Source of the DNA: Bacillota bacterium
GTDB taxonomy: Bacteria; Bacillota; Ch66; Ch109
NCBI GenBank assembly: GCA_050952625.1
Contig: JBMNLH010000004.1
Location: 321,697 to 385,696, forward strand
DNA: 64,000 nt
Direction: 5' to 3'
The notes under the pieces are model-generated. The model did not search any database. It was not told the origin of the DNA and saw only the letters and a list, made by a program, of their open reading frames with translations. The position numbers were made by a program, and so were the translations under genes. Positions 1 through 9,726 of the stretch are shown piece by piece. The stretch's first letter is position 1; each line of letters opens with the position of its first letter.

Positions 1-217
1 AATTTTTTGGTAATATAAAATTACCTTGGAAATATGCTGTATAATTAGGCAACATCTTTCGAAAATAGGGATTGACAAGCTCTATTTTGACTTTAGCGAT
101 GACAAAGAGTAGTGTTTAGCCTTCCGGCTCAGAACAAATCACCGCAACGGAAGAAATATAAAGAAGCATCTATAACAAACTAGAACTAATAAGATGGATT
201 ATTCTAAAGGAGTTGCC

Positions 218-1357
218 ATGGGTTTTTGGTTGACAGTTCTTATGATTTGGGTTGGCCTCGTCGTTTACCTTGGTTTCCGCGGCCGACAGGCTTTTGACAG
301 TCTTATCCCCAGTGGCTTTGGCATCGCGTACTGGATTTTGTTTATTTTGATTGCTTCCTCTTTTATTTGGGACCGGATGTTGCCTTCCGGTAATAGTTCT
401 TGGTTTCAACCGATCCTGAATTGGGTCGGAGCCTATTCAATAGCCGCCTTCTTTTATTCTCTGTTATTCGTTATTCTGATTGATATCCTTAGACTGCTGG
501 ACCGCTGGCTGGGATTTATTCCTGACTCAATCAAGGAATCACCCGCCAAAGTAGGGCTGGCTGTAGTATGTTTGGTCGCTGGGCTGCTCTTATATGGAAC
601 TTGGAATGCCTGGCATCCGGTGGTGCGGCATTATGAAATCACTATTCCTAAAAGTGCCAACGGCAGCCAATCGTTACATGCCATCTTGCTGTCCGATCTG
701 CATCTGGGAAACATAGTCAACAGCCAGCGTTTAGCCGGTATCATTGACCAGATTCAGCAACGGGATCCGGACATAATCCTCCTGGCCGGGGACGTAATTG
801 ATGATGATATCGGTTCTTTTGTGGAGCAGAATATGGCTGCCATCTTCCGCCAGGTAGACCCGCGCCTGGGGATATATATGGTTTTGGGTAACCATGATGG
901 CCGCGGAACAACGGAAACGGTGACCTGTCTCGAGGAAGCCGGGATAACGGTGCTACGTAATCAATACGTGCTAATTAATGATAGCTTCTATCTGGTCGGC
1001 CGGGAAGACCGCGGACACGGCCGGGCGAGTGCCGCCCGCAAGCCGTTAGCAGAGGTCATGGCCGGGATTAATCACGACCGGCCGATCATCATGCTGGATC
1101 ACAATCCTTCTCAACTAGAAGAGGGCCAAATTAATGGGGTGGATTTGCAGTTATCCGGCCATACTCACCAGGGGCAACTGTTTCCGCTTGGTTTTATAAC
1201 TCGGCGCATGTATGAGGTTGACTGGGGTTATCTCCGCAAAGGGGAAATGCAGGTAATTGTCTCAACCGGGGTGGGTACCTGGGGCCCTCCGATTAGAATT
1301 GGCAATACCCCGGAGGTTGTAGATCTTAAAATTAATTTTTCTGGAGAATCGTATTGA
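218..1357 (+). CDS. membrane-anchored metallophosphoesterase (YkuE/YaeI-like)
   Basis: N-terminal TM helices; calcineurin-like motifs SDLHLG, LAGDVID, VLGNHD, LSGHTHQGQ; ATG at 218 follows AAAGGAG. Confidence 0.9.
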   Translation: MGFWLTVLMIWVGLVVYLGFRGRQAFDSLIPSGFGIAYWILFILIASSFIWDRMLPSGNSSWFQPILNWVGAYSIAAFFYSLLFVILIDILRLLDRWLGFIPDSIKESPAKVGLAVVCLVAGLLLYGTWNAWHPVVRHYEITIPKSANGSQSLHAILLSDLHLGNIVNSQRLAGIIDQIQQRDPDIILLAGDVIDDDIGSFVEQNMAAIFRQVDPRLGIYMVLGNHDGRGTTETVTCLEEAGITVLRNQYVLINDSFYLVGREDRGHGRASAARKPLAEVMAGINHDRPIIMLDHNPSQLEEGQINGVDLQLSGHTHQGQLFPLGFITRRMYEVDWGYLRKGEMQVIVSTGVGTWGPPIRIGNTPEVVDLKINFSGESY

Positions 1358-2457
1358 TGAAAACATTGTTTATTGGAATAGCGTTTATTCATGGATTGAT
1401 TCATTTAATGGGCTTTATCAAAGCTTTTGAGCTGGCCAAGATTAATCAGCTCACCATGAGTATTTCTAAGCCTATGGGTATTCTCTGGTTAGCCGCCGCT
1501 TCTCTTTTTTTAACGATAGCCCTATTATCTTTGTTGCAAAAAGATTGGTGGTGGATACCCGCACTGCTGGCGGTGATTCTATCGCAAATTTTAATCATCA
1601 TGTATTGGTCAGACGCAAAGTATGGGACCATACCCAACCTTATTATTCTTTTGGCCCTGACTATCGGGTTTGCGTTTTGGAACTTTAATACCCAAGTTAA
1701 TCAAGAAATAAGAGAAACGCTGGCACAAATCAGGTTAGAAGAAACAATTATCACAGAAGAGATGATTAAAAACTTGCCGAATCCGGTCCAGAGATGGCTT
1801 ATAAACTCAGGTGTTATCGGCAAAGAACAAATCCAGACCGTGTATCTAAAACAAAAAGGGTTTATGAAATTAAAACCGGAGCAAAAAGACTGGATAGAAG
1901 CAGAAGCTGAGGAGTACTTCACCATTGATCAACCGGTCTTTATCTGGCGGGTTAAATCGTCCATGATGGGTTTGCCGGTAGTTGGCCGGGATCTCTTTCG
2001 AGAAGGGCAGGGTGAGATGCAAATTCGGCTGGCCGGGATTATTCCGGTTGTAAACGTGGCCAATAATCCTAAAATAAATGAATCCGCGTTACAACGCTAT
2101 CTTGGCGAGATTATTTGGTTCCCTACCGCCGCCCTTAGTTCTTATATCAAATGGGAACCGATTAATGAGTACAGTGCCAAGGCCACCATGTCTTATGGAG
2201 GGACCACCGGCTCTGCGGTGTTTTATTTTAACGAACAGGGTGAAATGACCAAATTTGTCGCCCCGAGATATAAAGAAATCACGGATGAAGAACCAACAGA
2301 GTGGGTGGCCACAGTCAAAGAGACTCAGATCATAAACGGTATCAAACTACCGACAAAACTAGAGGCAACCTGGATGTTGGATACGGGAGAGTTTACTTGG
2401 TACAAATTTGAAATAGCAGATGTTAGGTATAATGATTTAAGGAACCAAAACTTGTAA
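1354..2457 (+). CDS. DUF6544-like membrane protein
   Basis: N-terminal HGLIHLMGF hydrophobic segment, LPNPVQRWL and LQRYLGEIIWFPTA motifs; overlaps upstream stop. Confidence 0.65.
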   Translation: MMKTLFIGIAFIHGLIHLMGFIKAFELAKINQLTMSISKPMGILWLAAASLFLTIALLSLLQKDWWWIPALLAVILSQILIIMYWSDAKYGTIPNLIILLALTIGFAFWNFNTQVNQEIRETLAQIRLEETIITEEMIKNLPNPVQRWLINSGVIGKEQIQTVYLKQKGFMKLKPEQKDWIEAEAEEYFTIDQPVFIWRVKSSMMGLPVVGRDLFREGQGEMQIRLAGIIPVVNVANNPKINESALQRYLGEIIWFPTAALSSYIKWEPINEYSAKATMSYGGTTGSAVFYFNEQGEMTKFVAPRYKEITDEEPTEWVATVKETQIINGIKLPTKLEATWMLDTGEFTWYKFEIADVRYNDLRNQNL

Positions 2458-3315
2458 ATGGCGGGGTAGATTGATAAATTCTCCAGGAAGGAAACCTCGC
2501 CATTCGCCATCTAGATTTAAGGGCATTTTATTTTTAACGTTAATTCTCTTGGCCTTTGTATAAATGACTTGCTGGTTATTGATGTGTTCACCATTAATAG
2601 TGAGCGGGATTAAACGAGTAAGCTCTAATAAATTCATCTTTTTGACAATGAGCAGTTCAAAGAGACCATCATCAATTAACGCCTGGGGGGCAAGCTTTTT
2701 AAAGCCACCAATAGATGGGGTGTTAGCGATTAAGAAAAGTAGTACTTCTCCAGTAAATTCGTGGCCGTTATATTCAATCTCTAAAGGTAGCGGGCGAATT
2801 GATGGCAGCATTCCGATCCCTTTTATAAAGTAGGCGAGCTGACCCAAGTAGGTCTTTAGTTTACTGGGAACGGTGTAGGATATTTCGCTAAACAGACCAC
2901 TCGCCGCCACATTAATAAAATACTGATCATTAATCTTGCCTAAATCAACCGATATTTCTTTACCGGTACATAATACATGACAAATTTGGTCGAGCGATCG
3001 GGGCAGATTAATGGCTCTGGCAAAATCATTAGTTGTCCCCGCTGAAATAATCCCTAATTTGGGCCGATATGGCTGTTCGGCTAAACCATTGATCACTTCG
3101 TTCAGGGTACCATCGCCACCGGCGGCAATAACCAGTTCAAATTGCTGCTCGGCAGCAGAACGGGCTATTCTAGTGGCATCGCCTGCTCCAGACGTGGCCT
3201 GACATATCGTCGCAAAGCCGCCAGTCCTTAAACGGTTTATTATAAAAGATAAATTTTTTTCTATTGTTTCTTTTCCCGAAGTCGGGTTATAGATTAGACA
3301 GGCATGCTTAATCAT
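2437..3315 (-). CDS. dagK: diacylglycerol kinase family lipid kinase (DagK/YegS)
   Basis: IYNPTSG, AAGGDGTLNEVING, GTTNDFARA, NLDGE motifs. Confidence 0.9.
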   Translation of the reverse strand: MIKHACLIYNPTSGKETIEKNLSFIINRLRTGGFATICQATSGAGDATRIARSAAEQQFELVIAAGGDGTLNEVINGLAEQPYRPKLGIISAGTTNDFARAINLPRSLDQICHVLCTGKEISVDLGKINDQYFINVAASGLFSEISYTVPSKLKTYLGQLAYFIKGIGMLPSIRPLPLEIEYNGHEFTGEVLLFLIANTPSIGGFKKLAPQALIDDGLFELLIVKKMNLLELTRLIPLTINGEHINNQQVIYTKAKRINVKNKMPLNLDGEWRGFLPGEFINLPRHLQVLVP

Positions 3316-3325
3316 CGATGTTCCT

Positions 3326-4450
3326 CTATTCTGCCAGTGCTGACTCCGGCTTATTTAATTCTACATCATCCAATTGTTGTGGATTAACTTTTAGATCAGG
3401 TCTGGATTCCAAGTGAACATTGGTAGTGGGGAGACCCATAGATACTCCTTCTTCCTCCAAAATCCTCATGATTTTAAAGTTTATGTCCTGCTTAACCATT
3501 AAAAACTCTTGCCAGACAGTTGTGATAGTAAAAAAGTATAAGAAGATATCTAAGCTGCTGTCATTATATCGGTCAAAAACCACAAAAATGGTTTGTTTGT
3601 GAACATCGGGATGCTCAATAAGTGTGGTTTTTATTCTTTCCACGCACTTTTCCAACTTAGCTCTAGGCGTAGAATAGGCAACCTTCAAATGAAAGGTTAT
3701 TTGACGTTTGCCCATGGCTGCCCAGTTAGTAATTGGTTCATTGGCTAGTTTAGAATTAGGAACAGTAACGATAGCTTGGGCAAAGGTCCGCACCTTGGTG
3801 CTTCTAAAAGTAATATCCTCAACAATTCCTTCCACGCTAGGGGTAGATATCCAATCCCCTACAGTAAAAGGCTTGTCGACAATTATAACCATTCCTCCAA
3901 ATAGGTTAGATAGGGAGTCTTGCGCTGCCAGGGCAAAAGCTAGGCCGCCCAGGCCCAAACCAGCAATAAAACCACTTACCTCATAATCCCATTCCTGGGC
4001 AATAATACTGATAGCCAATAAAACCGTAATCAGTTTGATGATTTTAGAAAGAAAGGGAACGATTATTTCATCAAACTGAATACCAATGTTCTTGCCGATG
4101 TTTTTCAGCAGTCCTGAATAAACTATATCCAAGTTATAAATTCCCCAAGCCACCAAAACAATAATAGACGACCGGAACAGCCGGGTTATGATATCTTGGG
4201 CTGCATCGACATAAGGCAGGTAGAGCAGAGAAAAGTAAAGACCTAGTATAATAAATAAAACTCGGGCTGGCCTTTCGAATACGGTAAGGATATTTTTCAA
4301 GACATCCGTGGGAATTTTGCCAGCCATTCTTAAGAGAAACTTAAATACATAGCTTACAAAAACCTTGCGTAATAAGAGGAATGCCAGAAAAATAGAAAAG
4401 GATATTAGGATATCTTTGTATAAGGCATTGGTCATTACCTCAGAAAACAT
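3326..4450 (-). CDS. small-conductance mechanosensitive channel (MscS family)
   Basis: TM helices, GLGLGGLAFALAAQD, KPFTVGDWI, VPNSKL. Confidence 0.92.
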   Translation of the reverse strand: MFSEVMTNALYKDILISFSIFLAFLLLRKVFVSYVFKFLLRMAGKIPTDVLKNILTVFERPARVLFIILGLYFSLLYLPYVDAAQDIITRLFRSSIIVLVAWGIYNLDIVYSGLLKNIGKNIGIQFDEIIVPFLSKIIKLITVLLAISIIAQEWDYEVSGFIAGLGLGGLAFALAAQDSLSNLFGGMVIIVDKPFTVGDWISTPSVEGIVEDITFRSTKVRTFAQAIVTVPNSKLANEPITNWAAMGKRQITFHLKVAYSTPRAKLEKCVERIKTTLIEHPDVHKQTIFVVFDRYNDSSLDIFLYFFTITTVWQEFLMVKQDINFKIMRILEEEGVSMGLPTTNVHLESRPDLKVNPQQLDDVELNKPESALAE

Positions 4451-4538
4451 TATTCACATCCTCCTATAATCCTAGAGCACAAGCTTTTGCCTTACCCGCG
4501 CATTACGGCCCCTGCCTTTGGTGTATGAAGGGGAAATT

Positions 4539-5138
4539 CTACTCAATTTTATCATTAATAGGCCCTGTTAGCCCATATATCATTAAATCCAATAATTCTT
4601 TTATTAACTCTCTATTCGCATTCTTATGCAAATCAGGCCTCTGAAGCACATCAAGATACATTGTCAGATAGATCATCGCAGCCTCAAATGAGATTTCTTT
4701 GCGAATATATCCTTCTTCGCGGCCTTTTTCAATGAATTTACCGACAATATAAGGGTACTCGTTTTTGTTAAAGTCATCTACCAGCTTCTTTATCTCCGGG
4801 TTGGAATTAAACAATGCCCAAAAATTATCGAGGTTTACTTGATCAAAAAAATCATTTTTCATTGATACTGTCCGCTTCAATATTTCAGGAAATGGCAGGT
4901 CGCTTTCCCACAATTCTTTTCTTAATTCCCAATTGCTTTTAATCAAGTTTATAATTGTCTCCTTCATCAGGCCTTCTTTGCTGCCAAAATAATTATAAAT
5001 ACTGGCTGGAGAAACCCCTGCCCTTTGAGCAATCTCATTTATATTAGTTTTATCCGGGCCATACTTACAAAAGAGCTCTAAGGCAGCAGTGCGTATCTTA
5101 TCTTTTTTTAGCTCTGTTCTACGTTCATATCCATTCAT
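4539..5138 (-). CDS. TetR/AcrR family transcriptional regulator
   Basis: HTH IAQRAGVSPASIYNYFGSKE; divergent from ABC exporter. Confidence 0.92.
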   Translation of the reverse strand: MNGYERRTELKKDKIRTAALELFCKYGPDKTNINEIAQRAGVSPASIYNYFGSKEGLMKETIINLIKSNWELRKELWESDLPFPEILKRTVSMKNDFFDQVNLDNFWALFNSNPEIKKLVDDFNKNEYPYIVGKFIEKGREEGYIRKEISFEAAMIYLTMYLDVLQRPDLHKNANRELIKELLDLMIYGLTGPINDKIE

Positions 5139-5195
5139 TTATTAACACCTCGCTCTAAGCATACTAAAAAGTTTTATAACGAGTCAATATAAAAC

Positions 5196-5260
5196 TACAA
5201 AACCAATTGACAAGGGATGACGACATATTATAGTTTTATAGTATATTTCTATAAAATTAT
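5196..5260. promoter_or_regulatory. divergent promoter region with palindromic putative TetR operator
   Basis: TTGACA at about 5207 and palindrome TTTTATAG-N7-CTATAAAA at 5233-5255. Confidence 0.5.
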
Positions 5261-5276
5261 AAAACGAGGGATTAAC

Positions 5277-6179
5277 ATGAACGTCATTCAGATCGAAAAA
5301 CTGACCAAATCCTTTGGCGCGACCAAGGCTTTAAAAGGAATTGATCTTACCGTGAAGCAGGGAGAGGTACATGGTTTTATCGGGCCCAACGGTGCGGGAA
5401 AGTCGACAACTATCCGCATCCTGCTGGGGATTTTGAGGAAAACTTCGGGAAAAATTACACTGTTCGGAGGCGACCCGTGGAAGGATGCTGTGGAGCTGCA
5501 TCGCCGAATTGCCTATGTCCCGGGTGATGTTACTCTGTGGCCTGATTTATCCGGAGGGGAAATCATTGATCTTCTTGGACGGCTGCACGGAGGACTTAAT
5601 TTATCCCGAAAGAAACACCTTCTGGAACGCTTCCAGCTTGATCCAACCAAGAAAAGCAGAACCTATTCCAAAGGAAACCGCCAGAAGGTAGCTTTAGTAG
5701 CCGCCTTTTCCTGTGATGCAGATTTGTATCTTCTAGATGAGCCTACTTCAGGACTGGATCCTCTGATGGAGATGGTCTTTCAGGAATGCATAGCGGAAAT
5801 AAAGAAAGCGGGTAAGACCGTGCTCCTGTCAAGCCATATCCTTTCGGAAATAGAGTCCCTTTGCGACCGGGTCAGTATTATCCGGCAAGGGCAGATCGTA
5901 GAATCCGGAACACTGTCCGAGCTTCGGCATCTGACCCGTACTACAGTAAATGTAGAGACCGAGAGGGAGGCAAATGGCTTGAGTAAGTTGAACGGGGTAT
6001 ACGATGTATCAAAAGATGGTCGAAAATACCGGTTTTCCGCTGATCTTGATGCCATAACGGAAATTATGAGATTTCTCCTGTCGCTGGGAATCAAATCAAT
6101 AACGATTGAACCACCCAGCTTGGAGGAATTGTTCCTGCGCCACTATGGTAACGGTATTCGTGACAAGGAGGAGAATTAG
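5277..6179 (+). CDS. ABC exporter ATP-binding subunit
   Basis: GPNGAGKST Walker A, YSKGNRQK signature, LLDEPTSGLD; ATG 5277 after GAGGG. Confidence 0.93.
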   Translation: MNVIQIEKLTKSFGATKALKGIDLTVKQGEVHGFIGPNGAGKSTTIRILLGILRKTSGKITLFGGDPWKDAVELHRRIAYVPGDVTLWPDLSGGEIIDLLGRLHGGLNLSRKKHLLERFQLDPTKKSRTYSKGNRQKVALVAAFSCDADLYLLDEPTSGLDPLMEMVFQECIAEIKKAGKTVLLSSHILSEIESLCDRVSIIRQGQIVESGTLSELRHLTRTTVNVETEREANGLSKLNGVYDVSKDGRKYRFSADLDAITEIMRFLLSLGIKSITIEPPSLEELFLRHYGNGIRDKEEN

Positions 6180-7787
6180 ATGAAGCCTAATGGGTTTGCA
6201 GGCACCCGAACACTGTTTAAACTCTTTCTCCGCCGGGATCAATTTTTGCTGCCTCTTTGGATATTCCTGCCTGTGGTTTTGGGGATGATTGTAGCGGCTA
6301 CTTTTATCGCTATGGCAGACCAGGGGATGCATAGTGTATTAAATGAATTTGATAAAGATCCATTGGTTTCTGCGATTCTCGGCCCGGTTATGTCTTTTGA
6401 TCTTCCCGGGGCCATAGTTTGGCGGGGTACTTCACAACTGGCACTTGTTTTAGCAATAGCCAGCCTGCTTACAGTGATTCGCCATACCCGTACGGATGAA
6501 GAAACAGGTCGCAGTGAGCTGATTCGAGCCTACGCAGTTGGTCCTTACGCCAGCTTAACTGCTGCGCTGATCTTAACCATCGTTGGAAACCTGGTATCAG
6601 GAGTGCTGATTGCCTTAAGTGTAATTGCCCTTGGGGGAGATGCAGCTGGTTCATTTGTGTTTGGAGCCACCATGTCGGTCGTGGGGTGTTTTTTTGCCGG
6701 TATAGGTGCTTTAGGTGTTCAGTTGCGGGAAAACAGCGGCAGTGCCCGGGGAATCGGCATGGCAGTCGCGGGCTTGGGGATAATGATGATGATTTTGAAT
6801 AACGTGGGAGGTGGAGATACAGTATTAAAATGGATCAGTCCCATGGCGTGGCAGCGGGTGACCAGGCCCTTTGCCGGGAATCATGGCTGGAGTTTGTTGT
6901 GCTTTACTGCTATCGCCGCTGTACCTATAATTATTTCCTACGCGTTATCTATTCGAAGAGATCTTGGGGCGGGCATTCTTCCGTCGCGTCCCGGACCTTC
7001 GGCAGCGGCCCTCGGTTTTTCCAGCCCTCTTGCATTGGCCTGGAGACTGCATCAAAGAAGTTTCATCGGCTGGCTGATGGGTACAGTATTGTATATAGTT
7101 GGATTTTCTGCCCTCTCTCCCGGTTTATCTCAATCTGGAGGAATAAGTGGCTGGCTGTCCGGTCTTGGCGGTACAGATTGGACTGACCAAGCCGGTTTGG
7201 GTTGTGTCTTTATCAGCATAGGCATCTATCTGGTTTCGCTTGTCGTGGCAGTCTATGCAATAACTGCTGTGCTGCGCATGAAAAAAGAAGAAGACGAAGG
7301 TAGAACAGAATTGCTGGTCGATAAACAGGTCAGCCGGATTAGCTGGATGAGTAGCCATTTAATCGTCGCAGCTTCATGTTCTGCGGGACTGTTGCTGGCC
7401 ATGGGCGTTGCCGGGGGTCTGGTGTATGGGTTTGTTACCGATGATTTAAGTAACGGCTTCTGGAATATTTTTTACATGAACGTCTCAAAAATTCCACCCG
7501 TATGGATACTGTTAAGTTTAACTGCCTTTTTGTATGGTTTATGGCCTCGAATAACATCTCTGTGCTGGGTTGTCTGGTTAGCGTTTGTTCTGCTGGAACT
7601 TGGCTGGGAAGCACAGCTAGTAGATTGGTCACTGATGCAAATCTCTCCGTTTAGCTTTGCTCACTATACCATTGATATTTCAAATTTGCCGATGTTACCG
7701 CTACTCTGCTTGTTTTTTGTCTCAGCATTATTGACAGGCATCGGTTTGCTTGGGTTTAGAAGCAGAGATATTTTGACAAAAGCATAG
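6180..7787 (+). CDS. ABC-2 type exporter permease (polyether/antibiotic resistance type)
   Basis: About 12 TM segments, repeated RHTRxDEExGRxEL motif, RRDLGAG. Confidence 0.85.
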   Translation: MKPNGFAGTRTLFKLFLRRDQFLLPLWIFLPVVLGMIVAATFIAMADQGMHSVLNEFDKDPLVSAILGPVMSFDLPGAIVWRGTSQLALVLAIASLLTVIRHTRTDEETGRSELIRAYAVGPYASLTAALILTIVGNLVSGVLIALSVIALGGDAAGSFVFGATMSVVGCFFAGIGALGVQLRENSGSARGIGMAVAGLGIMMMILNNVGGGDTVLKWISPMAWQRVTRPFAGNHGWSLLCFTAIAAVPIIISYALSIRRDLGAGILPSRPGPSAAALGFSSPLALAWRLHQRSFIGWLMGTVLYIVGFSALSPGLSQSGGISGWLSGLGGTDWTDQAGLGCVFISIGIYLVSLVVAVYAITAVLRMKKEEDEGRTELLVDKQVSRISWMSSHLIVAASCSAGLLLAMGVAGGLVYGFVTDDLSNGFWNIFYMNVSKIPPVWILLSLTAFLYGLWPRITSLCWVVWLAFVLLELGWEAQLVDWSLMQISPFSFAHYTIDISNLPMLPLLCLFFVSALLTGIGLLGFRSRDILTKA

Positions 7788-7985
7788 ACGGTTAAACGGT
7801 GCTAATTTAGACTATTATTAAAGTTCGAATGCGGCCAGGGTTAGGCATCGGCGGCGGATATGCTCCGATAGTGTAATCCCAGCAGGATGAAAACATTTTT
7901 TAATCGGCCAAGAAACTCAACCCTTCAATTAGGTAGTTGTTATATTAACATAAAATGAATCATGAAGAAGAAGGGGCAAACATAA

Positions 7986-8723
7986 ATGAATGAACAAAAT
8001 AACAATACCTTTTGGTTCCCTGGGCACTGGATGGGAGGTCTCTCCTTAATCATCGGACCACTCTTATTACTAGCGGCTGCTCTCCTCAGGATACAGTTTC
8101 ATTTCTTCTATGACGCGCAGCTTGCCGCCTACGCTGACCATCCTGTACTCATCACCGCTGCCTACAGTTGCTTTGTGCTAGGCTGCCTCTTCCTCTGGCC
8201 TGGGGTCATCACCTTAGCAAGATTCATCGGCATGAAACATCCCACTTTAGCAGTTTGGGGGGGCATGGTTACGATCTTGGGGCTAATAGGCCGTGTTTTT
8301 CATGGCGGCATTGATCATATGGCCTTCCAGCTCGTAAATGTGCAAAGTCTTGAACTCGCAACGAAAGCGGTAAGCGACTCGTACCAAGCGTTCCATATCA
8401 TTCGGTATTTTAACGGCATGATGATGGTCGGCTGGGTACTCTTGGCAATCGGTGCCTATCGTTCTGGCACTCTCGGACTCATTCGTTCGGCGGCACTGGC
8501 CTCCATGTTCTTCCTACCCTTGGGTACCCTAAAAGGCACGAGATTCGAGTCTACATTCCTGATCCTTGGACTCTGCATAGCATTTGTTCCACTCGGTATC
8601 AAAGTGTTGCGCAACGGCCCGCCGCCATCACGCAAGGCGATAATCTGGGCGATTGCATTCGTAGTCGGTGAGATTGTATTTATTGTGCTTTCAATTCTAT
8701 ACCCCGAAATTATGCGGCACTAA
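7986..8723 (+). CDS. hypothetical integral membrane protein
   Basis: 245 aa, multiple hydrophobic helices, RBS AAGGGG. Confidence 0.7.
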   Translation: MNEQNNNTFWFPGHWMGGLSLIIGPLLLLAAALLRIQFHFFYDAQLAAYADHPVLITAAYSCFVLGCLFLWPGVITLARFIGMKHPTLAVWGGMVTILGLIGRVFHGGIDHMAFQLVNVQSLELATKAVSDSYQAFHIIRYFNGMMMVGWVLLAIGAYRSGTLGLIRSAALASMFFLPLGTLKGTRFESTFLILGLCIAFVPLGIKVLRNGPPPSRKAIIWAIAFVVGEIVFIVLSILYPEIMRH

Positions 8724-8745
8724 CAGGGAGTAATACTACGCCTGG

Positions 8746-8930
8746 CTAAGCATCGGAAAGCTGCTCGTTCTGGTGCTTCTTTATTGCCTCTAAAAACTGC
8801 TCCCCGTATTTCTTAAATTTGGTTTCACCTACTCCAGGGATGGCCAGCATGGACCAGGCATCCTCGGGCCGGGAGTGACACATTCCCCGCAAGGTGCTGT
8901 CGTGAAAAATAATATAACTGGCTTTATCAT
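8746..8930 (-). pseudogene. RecQ-type HRDC domain remnant
   Basis: YIIFHDSTLRGM...AIPGVGETKFKKYGEQFL; no upstream helicase core. Confidence 0.75.
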
Positions 8931-8934
8931 ATGT

Positions 8935-8963
8935 TTGACTTATACACATTCAGTGTGTACAAT
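8935..8963 (+). promoter_or_regulatory. sigma-A promoter of hicAB with operator palindrome
   Basis: TTGACT-17bp-TACAAT; spacer contains TACACA-N5-TGTGTA. Confidence 0.7.
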
Positions 8964-8983
8964 GTGAATCAAGAGGTGAGGTT

Positions 8984-9157
8984 GTGAAACGTAAAGATCT
9001 AATCAAGCTCTTAGAGAAAAACGGTTGGTGGCTCAAAAGGGAAGGACATGATCACACCATCTACACCAACGGAAAAGACAATGAACCAATATCACGCCAG
9101 ACAGAAATTGATGAAATATTAGCAAAGAAAATAATTAAAAGGCGGAATTTAAAATAA
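8984..9157 (+). CDS. hicA: HicA family toxin (57 aa, absent from the ORF track)
   Basis: GTG start after GAGGTGAG; MKRKDLIKLLEKNGWWLKREGHDHTIYTNG...EIDEILAKKIIK; directly upstream of hicB. Confidence 0.88.
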   Translation: MKRKDLIKLLEKNGWWLKREGHDHTIYTNGKDNEPISRQTEIDEILAKKIIKRRNLK

Positions 9158-9190
9158 ACCCGTTTTCTAAACCAAAAGGAGAGTGAAAAA

Positions 9191-9583
9191 ATGATTAAAG
9201 CGTATCCAATCATCCTAACCCCAGCAAAGGTTGGTTACGTCGTATCTGTTCCTGATTTAAATATTAATACGCAAGGGAAAGATATCGCCGAGGCGATTTA
9301 TATGGCCCGTGACGCTATTGGTCTCTGGGGGATTACTGAACAAGATGACGGCAGAGAAATCCCCGAGCCATCAACAACCGAACCGGATCATGAAGCCAAT
9401 GAGTTAATTACCTGGGTAGATATTGACTTTGATAAATACCGCAAAGCGAATGATATGACTACTATGCGTATTAATGTTTCTGTCCCAAAATATCTAAAAG
9501 TCTTAGGTGATGAAGTTGGCGTAAATTTTTCTCAAATCCTTCAAGAAGGATTAAAAAAGCACCTTGGTATTAAGCAGCCTTAA
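9191..9583 (+). CDS. hicB: HicB family antitoxin
   Basis: YVVSVPDL..TQG..AEAIYMARDAI N-domain, C-terminal RHH NFSQILQEGL. Confidence 0.9.
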   Translation: MIKAYPIILTPAKVGYVVSVPDLNINTQGKDIAEAIYMARDAIGLWGITEQDDGREIPEPSTTEPDHEANELITWVDIDFDKYRKANDMTTMRINVSVPKYLKVLGDEVGVNFSQILQEGLKKHLGIKQP

Positions 9584-9615
9584 CCACAGGGACGGTTCTT
9601 GTGGCGGGTAAGCCT

Positions 9616-9677
9616 GCTTCAGGTGGGGTAGAGTCTCCACCTGAAGCCCGGATGTTCAGCGAAGCTGGATGAGTTCA
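9616..9677 (-). repeat. dispersed palindromic repeat (CTTCAGGTGG...CCACCTGAAG family)
   Basis: Reverse complement resembles 46882-46943 and 14547-14630. Confidence 0.75.
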
Positions 9678-9726
9678 TAGTTATCTAAAGGCAACCATGG
9701 TCGCCAAAAAGGGAGAATGAGAAAAA

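Noticed and set aside
85-160. T-box-like start (GCGATGACAAAGAGTAGT) upstream of the first gene
   Set aside because: No GGTGGNACCGCG T-box or terminator follows, and the downstream gene is not amino-acid related
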